DNA from: Cycas panzhihuaensis
Taxonomy: Eukaryota > Plantae > Cycadophyta
Length of the DNA stretch: 64,000 bases
Direction of reading: 5' to 3'
Assembly: GCA_023213395.1 (NCBI GenBank)
Contig: CM041465.1
Span: 205,227,741-205,291,740 of the forward strand
Part shown: in pieces, positions 41,301 to 54,478 of the stretch
Layout of the letters: every line of letters begins with the position of its first letter
How positions within the stretch are numbered: the stretch's first letter is position 1
Position numbers and translations under genes: made by a program
The notes under the pieces: generated by a model
The model's input: the letters and a program-made list of their open reading frames with translations, nothing else
Database searches by the model: none
What the model was told of the DNA's origin: nothing

Positions 41301-43721
41301 TATGGAATATAGTTAGTGGTCTTATGCCTTTCAATTCTAACTTCTTTGTAATAGTTCTAAAACTCCAAGGAGTTAAAATCACCTCTATGTTAGTTCTTAA
41401 ACATTTGATTAACTTGCCAGTGCTTTTCTTAACTAGAGCATTAAATTGCTTAAATACACTAAAAACTTTAGATTTATTTTTTAAAAGATAGACCCATATC
41501 TTTATAGAGTAATCATCTATTCTATATAAGATATTGTAGAGGCTAGTCCCCATACATCCAAATGTACATAATCCATAATACCTTTCCTAGTATGACTCCC
41601 TATTTTAAACTTGAGTCTACACTACTTTCTAAAAATATAATATTTATAAAAGGTCAAATATGAAAGCTACAAGTTAGGAAGTAATTTATAGTTCATCAAC
41701 ATATTAAGTCCTCTCTCACTCATGTGCCCAAGTCTCTGATGCTATAACTAAGCTAGATCTTCTATAATATTTAATGTTATAGCTGCATGGCTAGCATCTA
41801 TACTTCCTACTAAAATATGAAGGTTTTGTTTTTAAGGCTTTCATATCAATCAAGAAACCTTTGATATCTTCAAGACTCTTTCATAACCTATGTACTTATA
41901 ACTACCATAATCTAGTTCACCCAAGGAAATTAGATTCCTTTTTATATTAGGTACATATCTAACTTTAGTTAATATTCTCACTATACTATCAAACATTTTA
42001 ATTTTAATGCTACCAATGGCCATTGTCTTATAGGAAACTTTATTTCCCATAAGTACATCACCACCATCAAGAGGTTGGTATGATAAAAACCAACTCTTAT
42101 ATAGACATATGTGGTGTGAAGCACCTGAATCTAATAACCAATCATTATGATAATAAGAAACATTACAAGTAACTAAGACATCATCATCTGTACCTTGATT
42201 TGACTCTACCTGATTAGCCTCCTTGGCATGATCTTTCTTTTTTTGGAACTCCTTCCTTTTGTAGCAATCCTTCTTGAGGTGACCTATCTTATTATAGTGC
42301 TAACATCTAAGCTTGCCCTTCTTTCCTTTTAACTTTGACCTCGATGTGTTCTTGGAGCTTTATCCACTCTTAATCATTTTTCCCTTTACTGTCATAGCTT
42401 TTAGTATAGAGGTTTTAAGATTGGACTTCCTCCTTACATCTTCTATCAACAAAGTACTTAATCATAGTCTAATTCATCTGTAATGCTAAAACTAATTGAG
42501 ATGATAATATTATCCCAAGATTCTAGTAATGAATATTACAAGGTAATAGCCTTATCCTCATCCTTAATTATGATATCAATACTAGCCAACTAATAAATAA
42601 GAGTATTGAAAATATTTAAATGATTAAGAATTTTTATACCTTCCTTCTTTTATAATGAGTACAACTACCTCTTTAAGTAGATTTGATTCATCACCAATTT
42701 GGTCATGTACAAGTCTTCTAACCAGGTCCATAATCCTGTGGCTCTTTTCTTCCCTATGATGTTAAATAGCTCTTCATCTACTAAGTATAATTATATTGTG
42801 CTAAGAGACCTTTTGTCCAAATCATCCCATTCATCACCGTCCATCCCTACAGGTTTCTTTGATTTGCCTTATTGAGTTTTATACAATCCATATTATACTA
42901 GAACATCATATACTTTCAACTTCCACAACTCAAAGTTATTCCTACCATTGAATTTCTCAACCTCAAACTTTGTATTCATTAGTTTCTCTATTTGGTATAG
43001 AAAAGGCCAACACAAAGACCTTCATAAACTCACTGCAAAAATAAAAGTAGCTCTGATACCACTTATTAAGAAAACTAGGTCCCAATAACTAGAAATTGCC
43101 ACCAAGATCTAAACTATTTTGTAACTACTTATAGGAATTAAAACTAAAATTTAATATGCAAGTTTTTAAACTAGAGATAATATAATAAATAAATTAAAAA
43201 GTTAAAGCATCACATATACATTAGATATAACATAGTAAAACCCTATCAGTATGCTAGAAAAACATCCACATAGGAAAGGTATCGATCTTTATTATCTAAA
43301 AATGGAGAAATGTATATAATCTGCAATAGAATGCTCACAACAACAATAACCAATTACCTCTTCTTAATATAATACATCTAATATATTAAATATAATCAAC
43401 ATAATAAAAAACACCCTAAATTAGACTATATGAGAGAGTCACACAAGGCATAAATCATGACCATCAAATTAGGAGTATTTTAAATGAACAATCCCAATTC
43501 TCTTTTCAATTTAGTATGTTTTATAACACTAACTTTTTGGGTTAGGGGCTACTATCCCTGAACCCCTCTTTGTGAGGAAGGGTTCCAGTTGCCCCCACAC
43601 CCTGCGATTAAGGGGGGCTCCTGCCTCCCTTAGATCCCTCCATGAAAGTTTGGGGGGGAAACCACATTGCCAATCTATCAAAATTTTTGCCTCCAAAATA
43701 TTATTGTCACATTATCTAAAA
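38372..43721 (-). mobile_element. Ty1/copia element G, Tork/Tnt1-like
   Basis: LTRs 38372-39051 and 43064-43721; perfect TSD TACTT; PBS complement GCTCTGATACCA 43050-43061; Gag start KFEVEKFNGRNNFELWKLK and motifs KGYRLWDP, LYVDDML, IPYVSSVGSLIYAMV typical of the Tnt1/Tork lineage. Confidence 0.96.
39110..42991 (-). pseudogene. gag-pol: gag-pol of G
   Basis: ORF fragments 41850-42050, 41287-41553, 40847-41278, 39956-40153, 39641-39880, 39182-39376 in copia order. Confidence 0.95.
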
Positions 43722-43904
43722 TACTTCATATAGACCTCCTCTTCAATATCTCCATTAAGGAAGGAACTTTTGATATCAAGCTAGTGTATCTTCCATTTGA
43801 ATTAAGTAGATAATAAATTTAATCATTACCATATTAGCTACTAGAGCAAATATATCTTGGTAATATATTTCTTCTATTTAAGATAATCTGGCCTTGTATT
43901 TGTT

Positions 43905-46900
43905 AGTCAATCTATCTCAATAAGAGTAAATTACTTATAAGAAGAGGTTAAATAACTTAAATAACTCTTCTAGGAGTTCAAGTCAAATTTTGCTTTGGAC
44001 TATAGTGACATGCAAGGTGTCCACCCTAATGTCATGGTCCACAATATCACCATGCTCCTAGGGGCTAAACCTAAGAGGCAAAAGTAAAGACTTATCTATC
44101 CTCATATTTCCATGGCTATTAAATAAGTGGTTGAGGAACTATTAAAAGTAGGCTTCATCGAAAGCATAAACTATTAGGAATGGGTATCTAACATTGTTCT
44201 TGTTGCTAAGAAAAATGGATCAATTTGCATATGTATTAACTTTCATAATATTAATGATGCTTGTCCAAAGGATAGCTTCTCCCTCCTATTTCTTAATTAG
44301 ATTTAAGACCAAATGACTAATTTCAAGGTCATGTCTCTCATGGATAGTTTCTTAGGTTATACTTAAATCCTTATCTCTCATGAGGACCATTATAGAATGG
44401 CTTTCATAACTCTATGGGGAATATTTTTCTATAAGGCCATGTCCTTCAACTTGAAGAATACTAGAGTTTGTTATTAATGGGCAATGATCTTTATATTTCA
44501 TGACTTGATTAGGGTCATAATAGTCATCTACCTTGACAATATGCTCAGCCTATCTTATTATAGAAAAGACCACATTAATAATAATCTTTAAGTAATGTCA
44601 TAAGTATTACTTATACCTCAATTTAAGCAAGTGCATCTTCACCATCACTTCTGGTAAGATGTTAGGGAACATAGTTTCTCATAATGGCATAGGGTTGATC
44701 TTAAAACGATAAGGGCTATCATTAAAATACCACCTTTAGGAAGTAAAAAATAAGTAAAATCTTTCCTTGGAAAGCTAGTCTTTCTACAATGATTTATTGT
44801 CACTTTTTCATTAAGCGTTAAACCCCTTATTAATCTTCTTAAGAAGGGGGATTCTTTAAAATAGACTATACCTATTCAGGAGTCTTTTGATATGATGAAG
44901 CAAGCCCTAGTTTCGACTCTCATTCTTATTCCTTCCATGTTTATCAAGTCTTTTAACTTATACACATCTTCTATCAGGGAGTCCCTTAAGGGCATGCTCG
45001 CCTAAGAGGATGAGTTTAAAAAATACGGGGCCAACTATTTAATAAGCAGAACCCTTATTGTTATTGAGCTCAACTACTCCTCTTTAGATAAAGAATATTT
45101 ATCCTTAGTCTTCATGACCAAGAAGTTACATCATTATCTCCTTGATAATACTACTTTCGTATGCATGTAGTCAGACCCCATTTGACTATTGCTCACTAAG
45201 AATGATCTTATAAATATTGAGAAAACTAGGTCCTAATAACTAGAAACTACCACCAAGATCTAAAATATTTTACAACTAGTTATAGGAATTGAAATTACAA
45301 TTTAACATAAAATTTCTTAAATTAGAAATAATACAATAAATAAATTAGAAAGCTAAAGCATCACATATACACCAGATATAACATGGTAAAACCCTAGTAG
45401 TATGCTAAGGAAATATCCACATAGGAAAAGTATTGATCTTTATTATCTAATAATGGAGAAATGTGCATAATCTGTAGGAGAATATTTATAATAATAACAA
45501 CTAGCTACTTGTACTCCTGACAGTACATCTAATACATCGAATACCATCAACATAATGAAAAGATACCCTAAATTGGGCTATATGAGAGAGTCATACAAGG
45601 CACAAATATCAACCATCAAATCTAAGGTATTTTAAATGAATGACCTTGATTCTCTTTACAATTTAGTATGTTTTACAATATTAGCTTTTTGAGTTAGGGG
45701 CTACTTCCCCTGAACCCTAGACAAGGGGGGCTCTCACCCCCTTTAGATCCCCTCGCAAAAGTTTGGGGGGGAAACCACACTGCCAACCTATCAAAATATT
45801 TGCCTCTAAAACATTGTTATTACATTATCTAATAACAAGGTGAGCTAATACATGGGCACTCTTCCTAAAAGAGTTTGACTTATAAATTATCAATTGTAAA
45901 TATAAAAAGGGCATGGTAGTTATTAAGATAATGGTTAAGGCACCTTTATCTAACCCTACTAATTCAATTATCAATGATAATCTCCTTGACAAGGAAATCT
46001 TTCAAGTAGATACCATGCCTTTAGGAGAGGGATGGTATAAAGAGATTAAATCTTATCTCAATGACTAGACCTATCCTCATAAATATCCTCTAAAAAGAGG
46101 AAATAAGTTAGAGTAACTACTCACTAATATTATCTCCTTAAAGATATCCTTTATAAATGATCCTTTGATGGGGTTCTATTAAGATATCTTTCACCTTCTA
46201 AGGCTCAAATTTATTTGATAGAGTACTATGATAGTATATGTGGAGGCCACTTCAATGGTTAATGTATGGTTTAGCATATCCTTCAAATGGGATATCATTA
46301 GCCAACCCTATTTAAGGATTCACATGCATATATTCAAAAATGTAAAAAGTACCATGCACATGCCACACTGATATACCAACTTATCATATCACTCAAGCCC
46401 ATTATGTATCCATAGCCCTTTTCTCAATAGAGGCTTAACCTCATAGGATAGATCCACTGTCCATTCTCAAGTAGTCATAAATTTATTTTGACCACTATAA
46501 AGTACTTTACCAAGTGGAATGAAGCCATACAACTTATTATCACAACCAGGAACATAATTATAACATTCATCTTTTAGTATATCATCTATGGATTTAGAGT
46601 CCCTAACATCATCATCATAGATAATGGAACCCCCTTATATACCTCATAGGTGGATGAACTATATGAGAAATTCCATATCACTTATCACTTGTCTATGCTC
46701 CACCACTCCTTTAATAAAACATTGGCTAAGATCTTGGCTAAGTTTAGGACATTCAACTCTTTCTCATATTATGGCCTATTTAACCTCCATAAAAAATAAA
46801 TCTAGAATAACACCATTCTATATAATTTATGGCTCTAAGGTCATTCTCCCCCCCCCCCCCCCCCCTTTGAGGTATAAATCATGTCTTTGTATATCTCCCT

Positions 46901-47243
46901 GAAGCAATTCATTGATGAAGAATGATAAAGGGAAGCATGGTTACTCAAGTTAGAGAAAATAGATGAAACACACCTAACCATCCTTTAGAATCATCTAGCC
47001 TCTAAAACTAGGGCTCATGTAGCCTATGATAGGTACTTAATATTTGAAAAGAAATGTATGGGTGATAATGTACTCAAGCTATAATACCTTCATGACAAGT
47101 AGTGAAAATTTACCCCTAAGTAGATAGGACCTTATCTAGTTATTGAAGACCTTACGAATGGGGTATTCTATATTTTTACCCTTAATGACCTTGAATTATA
47201 AAAGCCTATTAATTTATAATTATTATAAAAGATTTATTCCTAA
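43905..47243 (+). pseudogene. pol: RT, RNase H and integrase of the basal Tat-like Ty3/gypsy element (interrupted by a solo LTR)
   Basis: FALDYSDMQG, EWVSNIVLVAKKNG, NDACPKDSF, MDSFLGY, IYLDNML (RT); ISRTL..ELNYSSLDKE (RH); ICGGHF..ILQMGY, YFTKWNEA, IIIDNGTP (INT), in gypsy order. Confidence 0.93.
45215..45834 (-). mobile_element. Solo LTR of the G family
   Basis: Aligns end to end with both G LTRs (t.ttgagaaaactaggtcc...attatctaa.a); flanks ATAAA/ACAAG are compatible with a decayed TSD; the host RH frame (KNDL..ANTWALFLKEFD) resumes across it. Confidence 0.93.
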
Positions 47244-49764
47244 GAGGGTAGTATGCATCCCCTCTATAATAAGGATAAAACTATGGCTTTGAAAACTTCA
47301 CCTTCTAATGAGACTAAACTATGGTTAGCTAGTTTATCCCTTCTTCCCTAAGACCTATACTTGGGGGGTATCACTTTAAGATGAGTATAAACTCCCCTTT
47401 TACCACTTCATCTCCTTATTAAGCCTCAAACCCTCTTCCAAATATCGATGACTCATAACAGCTATGTAAGATTATTGTCGGGTAATAGGGCATAGACATT
47501 ATTTATTAAGCATGTATGTATGGCTCTTAATGGGCTTAATTGAAGTAGTTTTGTCTTATTCATGACTTTTGTCTTTTATTCTTACCTTTTAAGTTCTATA
47601 CTTAGGAGGATGGGATCCTTATTTTCCTTTTGGAGTTAAGAGCTTCAAAAGGTTTAGAAATTAAAAAATAAACATGGTGGCAATTTAAAACCTAATAAAC
47701 TTAAGAATGGGGAATAATACTTAGAAAGATATGACCCCATAAGAATATGGGACCAAGGAGGGACTTAGTAGGGTAGTAGTTTTATGGGAATCTCTACCTA
47801 AAAATAGCTAAGGGAGAATCTAAAATGCTTTGGAAATTTATCACTCACCAAATATGTTTTTGGATTCATTTGCTAGATGATTGGTTTTCTTTGAGAGGTG
47901 TCATATGAATATTTATTAGTTAGGTCTTCCCCAATCTTGATAGGTATTCCTATGATCCCTCTTAGGTATACCTTACTAAGTTTTATTTGACTTCTCATAA
48001 CCAAGGGTTATATATAACTTAGTTTCTATTTCTAAAGGATTAATGTTAGTTACTTTCTCAAACAACTTTGGTTACACCATTAACCAATTAACTATAGCCC
48101 ATTATAGATGATACTTATGCAATCTTTCATGGATGCTTTTTCCTGAACTTAAGAATACCATCTTCACCATGTCTATTTATTCTTTCTGGAGGTTTCCTCA
48201 ACTGTAGAACTTAGCATAAATTTTAATAAAACTAAAAATTCATAAAATAACAAAAACATGTATCTTTTCTTTTTGTTAAAAGTTCCCTTAGTTGGTGCAA
48301 ATTGCTTTAGGACCCATTTCCTTAAGTCTTATACTTAGAAAACTTGGTCCCCAACTTTGTCTACTAGCATGGTAACTAGATATAGGTCTATATGGTTAGC
48401 TTATCCATCTATGTATGACACTCAAATTTCTACTCTTTTGCCAACAACCTTTATTTTCAAGTTATCTCTCTACGATCTCACACTTTTTCAAAAGCTTTCT
48501 TTGTGAACATACCAATAGTCTCAATTCTCTTATAGTTAGCCTTGCTTCACTCTTACTTATTTAGTCACTTATTTTCTTATGTTATGATGGTTTCCTCTCA
48601 CCTCTCTCACCCTTCCTCTTGAAGCTTGTTGCTCACCCTACTACTTTCCCATGACAGTTGGAGACATTTTAATTTAGAGACCTTTCCATCTCTTATGGTT
48701 TAACCTTTGGGGATTTGGTTCTAGGCTTTTTCTCTCTTTGGTCTTGTTCAAAAGGTCATCCTTACTATAGTTTGAGAAGTTTTGATGTTCTATAGGCAAG
48801 TCAATCATTAGGTACCTTCTAGACATAGTCACTCCTCATATTCATCATACCTTGGCAAAAATTTCATGACGATCATAGTCAAAATGGTGATTATTTATCA
48901 TATAGAAAGTGGGTTTAATGATGCCTAGTTCACCATGACCATCATCTAAACCATTGTATGGTATGATGTTAAAAAAAAAAAAATTATACATATGTTTGCA
49001 CCCTCTTAGCATCTAGAGTAATTCATGTGACAACTTCATCTCCATCTATAATAGTATAGTTAGAGTCCATTAGTGTACATCATTTAGAACCTTTAAATCC
49101 AATTACTTAGCCTATTGTGGCCTTAATTATGACCAAAACCTATTATACACCTAGTAACTTTTATGTTGACTATGTCTAGGAGATGTTCTTACAATGAGGA
49201 AACCAAACCATGGTCTCATCTCCTTATTATGTTATAGTTGAAACCAAGTCTCTTATTTAGAACCATATCCTCATAAGTTGATTCCTATACCATCCCTACA
49301 TATATCATTTTGTCTCTAAGATTAATCCCTCTTTATTATGGAATTAAGCATATATATTGATGGAGGCAACTAAGGCAACTTAAGGTTATTTATTGCTACA
49401 TGGATTGTTTATGACTAAATGAGCAGTATGCTAACTTCTTTGGCATAATCCTACCCTAGGCAACTAACAATAAATTTGAATATACTATTGTCATAGGAGC
49501 CCTAAGTGGTATCTTACAATTTCGTGGCAGGTTTATTGATCTTTTATTTGATTCCCAAGTTATAGTCTTTTAATTTATTAGTATCTATCATCTTAATTCA
49601 GTTCACTTACACTTCCTTCATACTTGTATTATATCTTTATTATCTTGCTTTTTAGTTGTCATAATCTAGGATGTTCTGCATTATCAAGATACTAAAGTTA
49701 ACACTTTGGTATCTCATATTTTCAAATGCCATCACTTTTAGACCTATCACCCTAAGCTGGGGAT

Positions 49765-49905
49765 AACACTCTATAATAAGTATAGACTAACTAACACTCT
49801 ATAATGAGTATAAACTAACTAAACACTCTGTAGTGAGTATAAACTAATTAAACACTCTATAATAAGTACAAACTAATTGAATGCTCCATCATGAGTATAA
49901 ACTAA
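49765..49905. repeat. Tandem repeat, 5 x 28-29 bp
   Basis: Units aacactctataatgagtataaactaact(a) with transition variants; probably in the 3' region of the gypsy element. Confidence 0.9.
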
Positions 49906-51560
49906 AATGTAAATAATATCATAAAAAGATAAAAAAATGATAAAATATTCAAAACACAAAAATATATAAATATTTAGGTTCATGCATACCTATTACACTA
50001 ATCATCATAAGGGATAATAAGGAGGGAAAGGATTAGAGATAATATTACTTTCCACATATACAACCTCTAAAGATAAAAAGTGATATAACAAATGTACAAC
50101 TTTCAAAACTCATATAATACATGTGTCATGAGTATAATAGTATGGCCCTATAGCTTCCTTGGGCATGTATAAATACTCATAGGTGAGCTCTCATAGCCAC
50201 CTCCATACAACTATGGAGTGGACCCACATTGCCCCTTCTAACCCATCTCCTCAAAGCTACAAGCCATGTTTAACATGACCACTAAGGACTACTCTATTCT
50301 TCCTCTATATGGTAAGAATGGATATGGGACCTCTTCCTCCTATGAGAGGTGGTTTATACTTGATAAATACTCTAGCTAGTTAATGGAATAGCTTACCTTC
50401 TTGACTAAAGGATGGACATCCACTAAAGGTGTCATTTCTCATCATTTGTGGCCTTAAATTATACATTAAAGCCTATTAACTCTTATATTGCCATTTACAC
50501 CTATAGCTCTCTATGCATGTCTCAAGCCCTAATAGCTAGTGTAAAATGTTGAGTATGGGGACTAAGGAACTTAAGATTATTGTCTTACCAAACTAAAGGT
50601 GCTCCAAGCCTATATATATAAGATAGGAAGTAGTCAAGGGTCCTCCCTCCTATCCCTCTCTAATATGATTTTCACTACTTTTATATACTAGAGACTCATC
50701 ATATAATCTCCCTTTTGCTTACAACTTAGAAAATAGATCCAGACTACCCAAGTTTGATTGAATTTGGTCGTAAGTATAGAGTTGTCATCATTCACCATCT
50801 CGCTCTCTACCATTTGCAAGAGCTTCTGATGCTAAGGGGGTAAATATTTCACCATGACTAATATCTCTTGGCATGGACACGTTCTCCTCTAACTCTACTT
50901 ACCTAAGTTGATTTCTAGTTAGAATTACATTTAATAAATCATTATGATTGAATTAGTTTCTTAATCATTAGTTTATTTTTGAATAATCATTTAGTGAGAA
51001 AGATTCTTATTAGGTTTGTTATTGTTTATCATTTTACTTTATTTACTTAATTTAAATGATTATTAATTGGATGGTTGCCTCTTGTTTATGATTATAATTC
51101 CATCATCAACTAATAATTGATCCAAAAATCCAATTTTATAATCCTATTTAATATGGTCTGAGAAGTTACTCTAAGTTTGGTCCATCTGCCTCTAGTTAGA
51201 ATGTTGCTAAGTTTATGCCTTATTCTTTCTTGTTTCTTACCCTTGTTCACCATATTTTTACCTTCGTTTAATCTATGTCTAGGTCATCATATCTTAATTA
51301 AGGCCTAGCAAGCTAACTTTATTTAATTCTATTTATGTTTTCTACATTTTTTACCCTTTCTAATTTGTCACATTTTTCATGTTTCTAAAAATGTAATAGT
51401 ACAAATAACATATGACAATATCTCATATTTTTGTAATTTACTTGTACTCTTATTTTTTATTTATACTTCTATATTTTTCATTTACTCTTGTATTTTTTAT
51501 TGTTGCACATATAAAATTAGTAATAACATATAAAAGTCTCTATAATTTTGGCCCAACTCT

Positions 51561-54478
51561 TATTAGAATTTATAACTACACTATAATACTATATTAGAAA
51601 TATAGAGTAATATAATAAAATTATAATATGCAAATATATTAGTAGAATAATCTCATGAGTATATATACATGTAAAAGAATCAACATGAACATAAAAATAA
51701 TAATATCACAAGTATTCACCACAAGAGAGATAATAGATTTATACATAGAAAACCTAATGGGAAAAAACCATGGGAGAAGGTGGAGTTGGGAGTTCCTCTT
51801 AATGATTAGAATAAGTACATCTCCTTTCTCTTAAGTTCTCAAGTGGGGTGTATACATATTTATATTAATATCCACCTCATGAGTAGCCTATTATATTTCT
51901 TGGGTCTTTATATCATACAATAGTATAATTGCATGGATATATATGCATCTCATATATATCAATGTGTATGAATGGTAAAATTATATATGTATCTATCAAC
52001 TAATATTAAACATTATATATGTGATTAAGTTATATATTCCAACATTCTCCCTTAATATTTAATGTCTTCCAATCTTCATCTTTATTTCCTCAAGCGTTCA
52101 TCCCTTAGTCTTCAACTTGTATATTAGATCTTATAACTTATATATATATTTGTATATATATATCAAGATGCCATTAGTAACCTATCTATTTGTCATATCA
52201 TTCATATTCTTGTTCCCTATAAGTATTAACCTATATACTTACATTAGCTTATATGTAGTAAACTTGTATATCTATAATTAATAACCTATATCAACTTATA
52301 TATAATCATCTATATATATTAATGACTAACTATATGTATCCAACCTATAAATATCAACTATCATTCATTCACCAATATTAATATCAATAATATATGAACT
52401 ATTTTCTTAAACATCTTTATATCTTCACCTATATAGCTAATTTTATCAACTATTAACTCAATCATCAAATCAATAAATAAATAAATTATTTTTTGAGTCC
52501 ATATAAAATAAGATACCAATCAATAGTTGAAAATTTTATGAAGTGGGATATATTTAATGGGTTTATGATATAAAATTTTATTGATATATTGGACATGAAA
52601 AATTCCCCTTAGAAATCACATTTGGCTTAGTGGTATATAACACTAATCAAATGGTAAAGATCACTTAGTTGATTGAACAATTTATTAAATGAATGAATGA
52701 TGACTGAACCTATTTGATAATGATGATACCACTTAGTATTTTAAAAAAGGGCCTAGTTTATTTGTTTATATAATAGAGAGATAAAGAGATTAATTAGAGA
52801 TTCTACCTATTTAATGAGATAAAAAGAAAAGACTCATGATTTTTTATTGGCATACCAAATTAGTTATTAATGCGATCCAACTAATAATCAACAATTATGT
52901 TTGTCTAACTAAAGGATGAAAGTATTTGTTAGTAAGAAATCTAACTAGCCATATATAACAAGAGGTAAGGAAATACGTAGTTAATGCTACCTTTTACATC
53001 TAACTTGTCTTAGCCAAGTAATTCAACTTATTCCTAGAGTTAGTTATTTTTTAGATAATGATTTAATGATATTTATTTAATGGATACTAAAAAAAAGCTA
53101 CTAAAGTATGCAAGTAAGGAAGCACACAAAAAATAATCTTATTTGTAAGAGGCAAGTATAGCTTTTATAAATTAACAACATTAAACCACCTCAAATTTTC
53201 TCATGGAAAACTAGAAATATAATGTTTCTATCTAGTTTCTTTATATTATTTTATGCCACTATAATATTATACCATAATTAAACCCTATATAATGTTCTCA
53301 TGTTCTCATTTTATATCATCATTCTTTTTTGTATCTCAAGTGCCATGTACCCTTTATAACTTATGAAACATGTTGCCTTTCATACCTGGTACACATCTTC
53401 CTTTATCATTCAACATCCTTGACATGCTTGTTACATGTTTCTTATTCTACTGATGGGATACCAACTTCTTTCTAGTAGTGAATCTCTATTTGAGATGCTC
53501 ATAAAACCCTTCAGAATGGTTCATTAGTTGTAGCAAATCCTTAGACACTTGTAAAAACCTTCACTATGAACTGATAAACTTCACCAATGTATTTCCTTCA
53601 TAAAATGATCAATCCTACTTAAGCAATCTATTTATGGATAAACTTCAAATACACTTATATGTTTTGAACATATGGCTCCAACATGTATAAATAAATTGTC
53701 CATATAATTAAATAAGCATACCATCAGTTTGTTGTAATTCATGCACTTTCATCTACTTCCTGTATGTGGATTTATTCAACATCTTCACCTTTCATCTTCA
53801 TTTGGCCCCTAGATCTTAGTCACATATCACTAGTATTACTTTGTTATATTTAGATCTTTGGTTTATCATTCATATCTCATATCTAGCTCCTATACTAGAT
53901 TTATCTCTAGCTTGTATTAGCTTATCAAACAACTTATATAGGCTTCTTCTTACTGCATAAGATCTTTCAATTAACCATGGCTTTGATACCAAATTAGAAT
54001 TTATAATTGCATTCTAATACCATATTAGAAATATAGAGTAATATAATAGAATTATAATATATAAATATAATAGTAGAATAATCTTATAAGATATGTACAC
54101 ATATAAAGGAATCGACATGAATATAAAATAAATAATAATCATAAGAATTCACCATAAGAAAGATAATAGACTTATATGTGAAAACTTTAGTATGAAAAAG
54201 ACCATACGACAAGGCGGAATTGGGAGTTCCTTTAAATGATCAGAATAGGTACATCTCCTTTCTCTCAAGTTCTCAAATGGTATATGTGCATATTTATGTT
54301 AATATTCATCCCATGAGTAGAATATCATGTTTCTTGAGCCTTTACATCATCAAATAGTATAGTTACATGGATATGTATGCATCTCATATATCTTAATGTG
54401 TGTGAATGGTGGGATTATGTATGTGTCCATCAACTAATATTAAATATTACATATATGATTAAATCACATATTTTAATA
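51561..54478 (-). mobile_element. Non-autonomous LTR element H (no recognisable intact coding domain)
   Basis: LTRs 51561-52044 and 53992-54478; TSD ACTCT/ACTTT; PBS complement TGGCTTTGATACCA 53978-53991; PPT complement TTCTCCCTTAA 52045-52055; ~1.95 kb internal region. Confidence 0.92.

Larger units (their letters stand above)
32948..43904 (-). mobile_element. 5'-truncated Ty1/copia element D (3' LTR plus RT-RNase H), host of E and G
   Basis: Minus-strand RH (QLTDIFTKL) at ~33500-34190, RT (YVNDFVII) at 37930-38371, RT start (KYKARL, LDIKSSFLNG) at 43727-43904; decayed PPT near 33478-33490; LTR left boundary (TGTTAACA at 32948) is tentative because there is no partner LTR. Confidence 0.8.

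Noticed and set aside
49765-49905. CRISPR-like 28-29 bp repeats
   Set aside because: Units are directly adjacent with no unique spacers, there are no cas genes, and the context is eukaryotic TE DNA.
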